Source: Chlorokybus atmophyticus
Lineage: Eukaryota; Plantae; Mesostigma and Chlorokybus algae
Direction of reading: 5' to 3'
Length of the DNA: 64,000 bases
NCBI GenBank assembly: GCA_009103225.1
Contig: RHPI01001428.1
Location: 118,487 to 182,486 of the forward strand
Positions 24,301 through 35,501 of this stretch are shown in pieces; the first letter of the stretch is position 1, and every line of letters begins with the position of its first letter. The translations under genes were made by a program, and so were the position numbers. The notes under the pieces were generated by a model that saw nothing but the letters and a program-made list of their open reading frames with translations, did not search any database and was not told where the DNA came from.

Positions 24301-27300
24301 TCTTTTTCTGCAGGAGACCAAGCTGTCCCCCTCCTCTTGCTGGCTACGTTGCTTTTGGAATGGAGGCTCGTTTTCATCTCATGCAGATGGCACCCGCGGA
24401 GGGGTTGCCATTCTCTACCCTTCTTCATGGTCTTTGTATGTTGTTGATCACGATGAGGTGGTACCTTCGCGCTGCTGTTGGCTACGCATCCGCTGAGGCC
24501 AAGGCATCTTGCTTTTGGTCTCTGTGTACGCACACACTAACCGTGCAGAACGGTCCTCGTCTTTTTACACCCTTTCATCTCTCCTCCCCCCGCGGACTTG
24601 ATGGTGCTTGTTGGCGATTGGAATGCGGTTGACGATCCCTCACTTGATAGGTCCCCGCCTTCCTTCTCCCCTCCTGAGTCCCACTCTTTTCTTTGCTGTT
24701 ATGAGGATCTTCAAGTGGAAGACGTGCACCGCGCTCTCCACCCTACGTACTCAGCTTTCACCTGAGACAACGCTCACCTTGGCCCCTCGCGTCGTGCTGC
24801 TAGGTTGGATCGGTTTTAACTTGAGCCTCGATCTTCGCACCTGGGTGGATGACAGCTTGGTGGTCTCGTCTGAGGTCATGTCCGATCATTGCCCTGTTCA
24901 CCTCAAGTTGGCATTGCATGGCTCTTTCTCCCCCCTCCCGGATTTGTGAAAGTGCAGCCCCGCCCTCCTCGTCGACCCCTTGTTCTTCTCTACAGCTGAG
25001 CAGCTCTGGAGGCCCACACACCCCCTTTCCAGTTCCTTCCGCCCTCTTACCTTATTGGGTTGTTTAAGGACGGCATTGACTCCCTGATGTCGCTGGCGAA
25101 GCAGCATAACCACCGCCGGCGTCATGACAGCGCCCAGCATCAACGGCGCCTACGCGAGGACTTGGCAGCGGCGCGGAGCCTTCTTGAGGCTGGTCCAGCT
25201 GACTTCCACCTATAGGCTGAGGTTGGCCGCCTTCAGGAGGAGCTGCTGTCGGTTGAGGAGGCTGCTGACATAGCACGGGGTGTTCGCACTCTCGCTGAAG
25301 ACTGCAGGTGAAGCGCATGACTCGATAATTTTTTGCGAGAGGGAAGCCCTCGCAGCACTTCTCTTCTATCTGCTCTCTTTTTCGCTTACTCCTCACTCTC
25401 CCCCGCTAGTGGCTCAGAGGGATATCTTGCAAGCCTACGAGGCATTTTACCGTCACCTCTACACTTCATTACCTGTCTCGCAACCTGCCAAGCAAGCGGC
25501 CATGCAAGCTTGCTAAGATGTTCTAGACAGCTCGCTTCCAGCCTCACAAGTGGAGCAGTTGGAGTCTCCCTTCTTTTGGAAGAGTTGTGGGTGGCGCGCT
25601 GTTAAGTATGGAGCCGCACCGCTGCCCTAGGAGGGAGGGCCGTACCGCTGCTTTCTGAAAGAAGCTTTGGCCAGTTGTCGGTGAAGACTACCTACCTTTT
25701 CTACTGCCGTCAGAACTTCTCTGCCAACTTTTTGGATCCCTCGCAGAAGGTTGGTGTCATTACTCTCATTCACAAGAAGGGGGAGTAGGGCGATCTCATG
25801 AACTGGCGACCCATTACTCTTCTGCCTTTACACTACAAGATATCAGCAAAAACCGTAGCAAGTCAGCTTGCGCTTCTGCTCCCTCATGTCATTAGCCCGG
25901 AGCAGACGGGCTTTGTCTAACATCGCTACACTCTTGATAATGTGTTGACTGCACTGAACTTGTTGGATCCAGGTAAATTCTCTTCCTCGCCTTGCCCTTC
26001 TCATGCTTGATTTTGAAAAGGCTTTCGACCGCTTCGACTGGGACTTCGTTGTCGGCTCCTTAGTAGCTCAGAGCTTTGGGCCTGCCCTGTGCAGCTGGGT
26101 TTGCACCCTCAACTGCAGAGGTAGCAATCAGATGTTGGTGAATGGGGAGCTCTCTCACGAGTTTCAGCGAAGCGTCCGTCAGGGGTGCCCGCTGACGCCG
26201 TCACTCTTCACCCTTGCTAGTGAGGCTTTAGGGGCCCTTCTGCGAGCTCACCCCCTCCTGCGAGGCTTCCCTCTCCCTTCCATTCGACTAGGCTCCTCCG
26301 AGCTGTCAGACCAGGACGAGGAGATTGGGGAGGATATCTGGCACCTAGCTTATGCAAGTGACTTCACGGTGGATTTGCAGCTGACGGATGACACCCACTT
26401 TGCATTCTCCTCCGTAATGGACACGTACTGCCTCACCTCTGATTCTCTTCTCAGCTGGCACGAGACTGCTGGCATTTTGTTCGGTTTCCCCTTTCCCTCT
26501 TTTGTTGCCGACTGGCAGATCCGTTGGCTCACTCCGGGTGAATCGGTGCTACTGCTTGGCGTCCCCATGGGTTTGTCCTTACAGCAAGATCAGCTCTTCT
26601 CGGACACACTCCGCAAGATTCAGTCACGGATGGATGTGTGGTCGCGCCAAGGCTTGTCTCTGTTGGGAAGGTGACTGGTTGCCAACAGCTCAATACTAAC
26701 CTGCTTATGATACCTGGCTGCCATATGCTCTCCCTCCCGCAGATCTCTTTCCTCACTGCAAAAGTCTTGTCGCACTCTCCTCAAGAGGCGCGGCCAAGGA
26801 GGGGCCCCAGCAAAAGGGAAGGTTCGTTATGAAGTTTTCAGACTTCCAATTAGGGCGGCCTTGGGGTTCAAATCCGGAGTCGCAGACTTACTCGCTGCTA
26901 GCCAAGTGGGCTGTCCGCGTCCTCGACCCCACTTGGGCTTCGTGGAAGGCACTTGCTTTTTCTCAGCTACGGCGATGGGGAACCGAACCCTCCTCTTGGG
27001 TGCAGTGGGTTCTCCCCGCCTGCACGCTTCAGTCTGAGGGTTTGTCCTACTCGCACCTCCCACGCCAGTAGCACGCTATCGTTCGGGCGTGGCTTGGGGT
27101 CCGTCCTCTTTCTCCTCCCTCTCCCACCTCTTATAAGTTGAAAAAGAGGGGCTGGCTTCTATCGGGTTGTGGACCTCTGGGATGTTGCTATGCACGCTCC
27201 CTACCCTTCCTCAGTTCTTCAGCACTACGCTTCTACGCGCACAGCTGATTGCCTTGCTGAGCTGTGGTTTTACGTCCCTGGCTCATGGCGCACCTTGCTT

Positions 27301-28776
27301 GACGCCGGCCCCGCCCTTCCGCTGCCGAGCGAGTGGTGGGCTTTCATCTGGCAGGACGGTACCATTCACATTGTTGTATTCGTTGTTGCCGTTGCTCCCC
27401 CATCTTGCTTAAGCGTTGCCTTCGCCCTTGATGGCAAGGAAGACAGCGAGCTCTCGTCCCCGTTGGCTAACAGCATTTTCCTTATCTCTCAAATACAACG
27501 TGTGCGTGTCCTTCCTCCCCCTCTCCGGTAGCGCTGCAGGCTGGCAATGGGCTCGTCTGAGTGGGCGGAGCTCCCCCCCGCAGCCGCTATCTTGGTTGGC
27601 TTGTTGCCGGGGGCGCCCTTCTTTGTGATCTCCACGCAGACCCTGCTCTCTTAGTTTGGGATCCTTCTCTCCCCGCCCCCCTCTCCTCTACTTACACGCT
27701 TTGGGACTATTCTCCCAAACTAAGCTACAGCACCTTGTGCTGGAGATGTACTCGTGCACCCGTCCCAGCCACCACCCGCCGGTCTCTTCTTTTCAACACC
27801 ATACCCTGGCGCCAGGTCTGGCTAAGCATACACCGCCTTCCCTTAGCAGGCAAGGTGCGTTCCCTACTTTGGCTCCTTTCTCATCGCGCCCTCTTCACGG
27901 GTGAGCGCCTCTGTCACATGGGCTTCCCCGTTGCTTGCCTGTCCTGCCTCCTTGAGGAGGTTGAGAATCCTTTGCACTTGTTCGCCTTGTGCCCGGTGGC
28001 TGTTTCCACATGGGACTGGCTTCACTCGCTTCTCCTTCACATGGGAGAACTGCACTTGAACTTCTCCCCTCTCTCGCTTCTCTTCGGGCTGGGAGCAACC
28101 TTCTCCGGCTCCCATTTCTTCTATGTGGTTACTGTTTCGCCCCTTTGCTCTCTGGCAGCTGTGGGCTGCTCGCTGCCGAGTTCGCTATGGTTCCTCTCCT
28201 CTTTTCCTTCGGCGGGTTATCTCCCTCCTCTCTGCTTACGTCCATCATCACATGCAGGACGCCTGGCTCGAGGTTTGTACGACTGCCCTGCGTGATGAGG
28301 CCTAATAGCTTGCTTTCTCTTCGTTTGCCTCCTCTCAAAGGGCGCGCTCAGTCTTATGTATCTGTGTGTGGGCTCTCCACAACTCATCTCTCACTACCCT
28401 ACTCTCTCCCTTCCTCCCTCCTCCTCTTCTTGCGCTTCGTGACTTGCTCTTCTCTCCCCGCGTTCCTCATTCCGTCTTTCGCTTTCACTCCTAGCTCCCC
28501 CTCTTCTCACTTTTCTCCATCCGCTCTTCTCCCCACCTCTGCATCTTTGCTCGCCGCTCCTCTATCTTCTTCTCTCTCCTCGTTCTCTCCCCGTTCATTT
28601 TTTTTTCTTTCTTTCCCCTCTTTTTTCCTCTTTCGTTCGCTTCTCCTTCCTCTCTCTCTTCTAATGTAGCCGGGGATCTTTAGCCTTTCTTGTATGTTTG
28701 CTAGTTTCATGGACCTCTTGCTTCCTGTTCCTTATCAATACACTTTCCCTTAAGAGGGTTTCAAATTTTCAAATAA
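21396..28776 (+). mobile_element. L1/Tx1-clade non-LTR retrotransposon, near full length, decayed
   Basis: ORF1 knuckle CGHCKLRGHLSSRC (22119); APE motifs FLQETK (~24305), LVGDWNAV (~24610), SDHCPV (~24880); RT WRPITLL, EQTGFV, LDFEKAFDRFDW, RQGCPLTPSLF, YASD; C-terminal zinc motif KVRSLLWLL.H.AL...CLSC....ENPLHLFALCP. Ends in AAATAAA. Contains an N gap. Confidence 0.92.
22190..23114. other. Assembly gap (N); others at 33713-34055, 35196-35212 and 51551
   Basis: Runs of N, mostly flanked by poly-C or poly-G. Confidence 1.
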
Positions 28777-29189
28777 AGTTGACCAGTCCTTAGTAGCATA
28801 ATATATAAGACAATGTATACTGCTTCATACAGTGGGTCGCACATTGTCTCTAAAGTTGGCGTGCTTGCTGCACTTATCCTTGATGTGTGCACACTTGTAT
28901 GTGAGAGGCGCATACACACACACTAAGCGCATCACTCATTCTCAACAAAGGCTATATGCGCATGGCGTTGCCGAAGCGGCACACGCTTAATATAAGCGGC
29001 TTAAATGGTACGGATTCTGTCTAATGTTCTATAGCGAACCCGCAGTACAAGCTGTGTGTGTCGCGTACAACTCAAGTGTGGGCTATGTGAATTTGAAAAT
29101 ACGCGCATTGCATGAACACAAAAATCCGTTAATAAGTTATATATGTTAGGCAAAAGTGAGTTATCAGTCAACAAGCTTCCTATCCAGTT

Positions 29190-29335
29190 GCTCGAACCCT
29201 TAGCACGGCGGCGCCATCTTTAGCATGAGTGGCAAGTGTGATATACTTTGCAGGTGTGCAGGCTTTTAAGTCTTTACCTCAGCATCAGCAGCCCCAATGC
29301 CGTTAGCGAGTTCAAGACCGCGTCTTCACTACCAA
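29190..29335 (+). repeat. Degenerate fragment of the YR-element terminal segment
   Basis: CCCTTAGCACGGCGGCGCCATCTTTAGCATGAGTGGCAAGTGTGATATACTTTGCAGGTGT matches the reverse complement of ~7940-8065. Confidence 0.7.
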
Positions 29336-29859
29336 TAACAAGAATGAGCGACTAAAGGGATACACCTCATCCACTTCTTTTAATTCATATACTGAAATGA
29401 AGTTGAATCGTGACAAGTACTTGGCCCAACATGTCCGTCTCAAAGATTGGGTTTGAAGAGATCATAGGGGTTGTGGTCTGTAACCGTAGTGAATCTACTT
29501 TCCACCTTCTGGAGAGTAGCGCCACTCTTGCAATGCATGGAGTACCCCCAGCAACTCTCATTCTGTTGTGGTATATTTTCTCTCATCTTGAGAGAATTCC
29601 TTGCTTGAGTACGCAAGCCGATGTCCTTTCTGGAGCAACACTACTCGAGTACCATCAAGGGATGCATCATGCAAAACCTTTTCCCCTCTTGGTGAAGTTT
29701 GGCAGCTATAACACAAGTGATGTCACAAAATCTCGCCGAGGGACTGATAGATCTTTACCTGCCTTTGTGCCCACCTCCACACGACTTTAGCATCCTACAA
29801 GTTGGTGAGGTGTGCTTCTCGCAACGAGTAGTATATTTAGGCTGAGTCCAGCTGAGCAT

Positions 29860-32050
29860 ATGGATTGGGAGAAATAAAACAAAGACGTTGCTTCTAAGAT
29901 ATCAATCAAGCCAAATAGCTCTCCTTGCAGACCACCTATCCCGCTTGTACACGTGTACCTTTAAAGGATGGCAGGCTGCGCATGTGCGTAGACTATCACT
30001 TCAAACAAGCTTACCATCAAGAATATATACTCTCCGTCACGAATTGATGATTGGTTAAATATGAAGCTGAGCGGTGCTACAATATCTCAAATTAGTGACT
30101 CTGATGAGTGGCTACCGCTTCATACATTTAACGCCCGCAAATGTGCATAAAACAGCTTTTTAAACGCATGTAAGCCACTTCAAGTATGAAATACTATTTG
30201 GGGGGCTGATGAATGCACTAGCCACCTTTTCAGCTATGAAGAACCGGAAGTTCCATAAGTTGATCAGAAAGTCAATACTCGTATACTTGGATGACATTAT
30301 AGTTTGTAGTAAGAACCCTAAGTTTCATGCAGTACATGTATGCGAAATATTGGACACGATATGTGCCAACAAGTTGTTTGCGTATATGCTCAGATATGCA
30401 TGTGAACAATTTACACTAGCACTCTTAGCTAACAATGTCAATAAGCAGGGCGTGTGCCCTAGAAGACTGTAAAGGTGAAAGAGTGGCGCCAAATGAAGGC
30501 TGTGCACCCGTTGCAATCCGAATAGTACGCGAGATTGCCCTCTGCGACAGCACCTCAAGCAGCTCATCCCTATACATAACACTATACTTACGTAGCAAAG
30601 CATTTAATGCAGTGTTATACTTGTTGCTAGCAGTCTCGCAGCACAAATGGGACTCTTTTCACGAATAAGTGGCTTAACCAGCTCCAATAGAGGTCCAGCA
30701 CCTTTCGTTAGTGCTCTTTTTGTCTGCATGGCATCCAATAACATAACAAGTGGGCTCCGACCACTAGGCTATGGTAGAAAAAGACACTTCCATGAGTGAG
30801 GTCTGTCACAATTTACGTCAAATCGTGACAAATAATACCGGTAATACATTATTCGAGACAACAATCTTTGCACATGTGTGCATGTCATGAGCACGCTCCT
30901 AGCGAGCACCACCAATGACATGAACATCAAATACTTGTATTGAGACCACCAGGAACCCAAGTTGGGCGTAATAGCCTTGCACGCGCAGAGCCAATTGTAT
31001 ACACCCCCACAATAAGATCTCATGCTCATCCCATTGTGGCTAAAACTTAGCTCGCTTCATCTACATGAATACTTGGCCTCTAAACCAGAGCAGCCGTTTG
31101 GGGAGGTTGTATGAAGGGCCAATATCAGTTATTAGAGTAGCCGGCACATGTGTAACTGTTGCCCTCAACAGCGTGAAATGCAAGTATTGTTTTGGGTGGA
31201 GAATTGACCGGTTATATATAACACGCACAAAGCACCATTGATGTTCAGCTTGCACCTTGCCAATCACTTATAATAAATTCTTGCATACTCTTTATAAAAG
31301 GCAACTATAATTCTATGTACCTGGGAACAATGATGCATGCACTTGTGTCATGGGTACTTTTGCTCTTGCACATAATGCTTAAGCACCGTTAACAACATGT
31401 CAAAGGGCGCATTGAGCAGCACATGCTTGCCCACACGGTCATGCATCAGAAAGTTGCAGTCAATGTAAACACGCCCAAAGCATGCGCCCACAAAACAACA
31501 TCAGATATGCGCAAAGAAGGGTGTACATTACCAACAGGTTTTCGCACAATGCTGGTTGCCGATTGGGCCTTGCTGCTAATTGAGCAACTCTCCACCTTGT
31601 CTTCCTCTGAGACGGGCTTGTCATATATGGGGTTAGGGCAGGTGACCACGCAATGGCCATTCTCCCCGCACACTCCGGCCTCCAATTGAGCACCCTTTAC
31701 CTCCGGGCTAACCTTGGAGTGGTTAATGCCAACCTTTTTATTGGCAGGTTGAAAGGGTTCGCTTTCCCTTGCGGTTTGGGCGATCGCGCTTGCAGTCGTT
31801 ATCTTTGCCATGGCCATTGCATGAGAGCTGTTTATAAGAGTCAGCTTTTTTGCTTGGTTGATTACGCATTGGCTATTGTCTTGCAAAACAACAATTATGC
31901 GCTGTATAGAATCATGGTAAACATGCATGAAGGATTAAAGGCCGTCCTTAAAGGTCAATCGCTTCAGCGCATCCTGTGACAGAGTGGCTGGGTACTTGTC
32001 CATCTTCTCCGCATCTGAAAGCGACATGTTAGGGCGTACCTTGCCACACA
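29860..32050. pseudogene. Decayed Ty3/Gypsy gag-PR-RT fragments in opposite orientations
   Basis: Plus strand 29860-30420: KDGRLRMCVDY, RIDD, YLDDIIVCSK. Minus strand 32050-30420: gag-like region with a GENGHCVVTC knuckle remnant and the pre-RT RELLEVL...IRIATGAQP motif. Confidence 0.7.
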
Positions 32051-32429
32051 ATGACTTAGAAGAAGATAGCAAAGTCTCTCACAATTGCCCGGGCTTGACT
32101 TTTAAGCGCCTAAGCTTGACACGTGCTTTTCATGATGGGCTTGCACCCTTATAGGCCTGCAACATGCCATGCCAATCTCAAACACACCCACGCTCGGCGA
32201 CATCCTTGCCAACGGCCTCTATGCGTGGAGAAGCCCATTCCAATATATGTGCAGCACTACCCTGCAAGTAGAATGCTTGCGTTGCAACTGCCTTAGCCTT
32301 ATGCCTAATTTGAACCTGAAACATGCGACACGCTTGACAAGTTCTCGAGTTTATATGCGCGCATTTCATGCGCTTTATGAACTCACATTACTGCCATACA
32401 TTGACGACTCCTGTTTGCTGCAAGCTCCA

Positions 32430-32790
32430 AGGCTGAGCATGTTAAGAATTAGTGTGCATGTATGCGCCCTACCTCATACCTGCGCTCACACTAGGGGAAC
32501 ACCAAGTGTAACATACAAGCATGTCAACACCAAAGGGAAATGTATTGCAGTTCCATCTGTATGCGCCACATTCAGTGACTTATATACTAAGCTAGTTAAC
32601 ACCAGAAAGAATTAGTCAACTATAGTCAACGTCAACTCTAGTCAACACTAGTCAAAGGTTAAAGTCAACACTAGTCAACACTAGTCAACGGTCAAGGTCA
32701 ACACTAGTCAACGGTCAAAGTCAAAGTTCACTTTAACTGTTGTAACTTTCATAACTCCCATAACTCCTGTTCACTGTAACTCCCGTAGCA
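32430..32790 (-). repeat. Degenerate LTR of the gag-only Copia family
   Basis: CTAGTCAACACTAGTCAACGGTCAA and CATAACTCCC/GTAACTCCCGTA arrays. Confidence 0.7.
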
Positions 32791-32866
32791 TAAGCGCCGC
32801 ACATGGTCCAAGTAACATCAACAAGCTGACTGTACTATAAGCATACTATACTAGCAAACCTCATAT

Positions 32867-35467
32867 GCTTAACTCTCAATAGAGCATGCCTCCACCCTGG
32901 CCGTGGTGAAAGCAGATGCAATATGGTGCGGGTTGATGATCAACACCAAGGCACAAACTGTGCTAAGCAGAGTCATTATCTTCCTTGTTTTTGTGTAGGA
33001 TACACACACTGACGTTGTGCGTGTTCCTGGCAAGATGGGAGATAGTCTACTTTAAGCTTTGCAACGCGCATTTGGTGATAGGCTCCATGTGCCAATAATG
33101 TTGTTGGCCCGCATCTGTGACAAGCTACCATCCATGTTCATGATGTGGACCTTGCCGTCAAACTTATGGCTTGGCATACACGCCGCTTGATTAAGATGCG
33201 CCGCTCTTGAAGTTCACACATAGTGCGGCGCAAGGTGGAGATTAATGAGCTCACATGGCTGCGAGAACACTTCGAGAAGCTTAATGTGGCGCCCATATGG
33301 CCTGCAGTGCAGCCGAACATCGTGAAATGTGTGGACGCTAGCGGCACTGGTTGGGGACTAGTGCGCCATGGCACGGCTACCTCAATAGCAAAAGGCACAT
33401 TCACACCTGAGGAGTGTTTGACTTCCTTCACATGCCGTGAGCTTTTGGGCCTTGAGCGTGCACTGCTCACTATAGAGGCGGAGCTATATAGGTGAACTGT
33501 GCTGTGCTATGGCAATGCCCGCAATGTGTGCTACATCATGCGCAAAGGGGGCAATGAGGCCGCACACTTGCAGCAAGTGGCATGTCGCATCATTTTACAT
33601 TGCCAGCGTCATTGCATTCGCTTGCACGTGCAATGGTTGCCAAGCGAGCTCAACGAGGCAGACGCTCTTCAAGGCCTCAGATGGAAATGGTTGAACTCTG
33701 ACCCCCCCCCCCNNNNNNNNNNNNNNNNNNNNNNNNNNNNNNNNNNNNNNNNNNNNNNNNNNNNNNNNNNNNNNNNNNNNNNNNNNNNNNNNNNNNNNNN
33801 NNNNNNNNNNNNNNNNNNNNNNNNNNNNNNNNNNNNNNNNNNNNNNNNNNNNNNNNNNNNNNNNNNNNNNNNNNNNNNNNNNNNNNNNNNNNNNNNNNNN
33901 NNNNNNNNNNNNNNNNNNNNNNNNNNNNNNNNNNNNNNNNNNNNNNNNNNNNNNNNNNNNNNNNNNNNNNNNNNNNNNNNNNNNNNNNNNNNNNNNNNNN
34001 NNNNNNNNNNNNNNNNNNNNNNNNNNNNNNNNNNNNNNNNNNNNNNNNNNNNNNNCCCCCCCCCCCGCTCGCTCGCTCGCTCGCAAGTGGGGCCCTTATT
34101 ATGTGGACCGCTGTGCCATAGATCCTAATGCGGTGTGTGTGGCCTTCAACTCGGTATTGCCATTTTTAGGCTCGTTCGGCAATGCCTTTTACTGTAATGA
34201 GAGTGGCTGCAACAACTGGTGCCACCCCCCTCCCCACCGCGTTGGCACTGTCCTAAAACATGCTCGCGAATGCGAGGCTCGCATGTGCCTTATTGAACCT
34301 GAATGGATAACCTAGACTTGGTGGCCCGTGCTTTGCCCGGGAGGAGTGTGGGCACCATTTGTTGCAGATGTTGTATGCCCACCTAATGGCCCAGCCTGCT
34401 TGTGGCCTAGCCAACAAGTCATAAAATTCTAAGAGGGCTTACCAAATAGTCGCATGTGGGCATTGCGCATTGACTTGCGTTCCGGCCATTAACATATCGT
34501 GTGTGCAGCTGCCATTGAGCGTAGCCTACAAGCGCTCATGCCCGACGTCCCTAAAAACTATGAGATTGAGCGCTTGCGCACCTTGTACATGATAGTGGCG
34601 GCGGCTTCGCGTGCTACTACACCCTGCGGGGCCATGAGACCTATTGGAATCGCTTTGTGGAGTTTTGCACGCCCCGTGGTTGGGCAACCTTGCCAGCAGA
34701 CCCTGGCATAGTTGCCTTGTTTCTCACCAAAGTGTTGTACATGCTATGCATGCCATGACAGGCCAAACCTCGCCCACTGCGAGTACACTTGTGGCAATGG
34801 TCCGTGAGGCTACTGCCGTTGGGGCAACGATAGAAGAACGTTTACACACCTGAGCACTTGCGCGCCATGGTCTCGCACTTTGATCGCAATGGTTGGGACT
34901 TGGTGGCCAGATTGCGAATTATGGCTGTGTTGCTGCGGTTTGCGGGTATGATGCAGTATTCCGACCAGGCGGAGGTCAACGCGCAAGACATTGTCTTTAC
35001 TTCGGACCGCATGGATCTCAACTATCCGCGCAGCAAAACCGGTCAACAGTTGTGTGGGCACAACAGTGCATATAGCTAATGTGGGCGGTGATTTGTGCCC
35101 GGTGATGCACACTGAAAAGTTGTGTTTGGTTCGGGCTACAAGCTGGGCCGAGCAAGTTGCTACACTCCACCAAGCGGGGGGGGGGGGGGGGGGGGNNNNN
35201 NNNNNNNNNNNNGGGGGGGGGGGGGGGGGGGGGGGGGGGAAATGCATCATACACAACGCCGTTGTGCCATAGTTGTGCCAAGGAGAGCTATTTGGCTTGT
35301 TTGATATCTTAGAACGTGACTTTCACTCCTGGCGTGAAGAAGCAGTAGTTCCCATAGTTGTAGCCTAGCACCCTAGTGCAGAGTTGTGTATAGATCAGCT
35401 TGTATTTGTACACTTGTATTGTAATTCAGTTGGGTGCTGGGCATAGCCACCATGCTATTGACCCATA
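32867..35467 (+). mobile_element. YR retrotransposon copy 2, 3' half (RT C-terminus, RNase H, MT, YR, terminal segment)
   Basis: Collinear with 6046-7750 of copy 1; VDASGTGW, NNWCHPPPHRVG, LLRFAG..., YPRSKTGQ. Two N gaps flanked by poly-C/poly-G. Confidence 0.9.
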
Positions 35468-35501
35468 CTATGGGTCAATAGTTTTGCTAGGGGGTCGCTA
35501 G

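Larger units (their letters stand above)
21116..28947 (+). mobile_element. Solo Copia-family LTR split by a LINE (21116-21395 and 28777-28947)
   Basis: TG start at 21116, CA end at 28947, shared 5-bp TSD AAGGC (21111-21115, 28948-28952). Confidence 0.9.
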
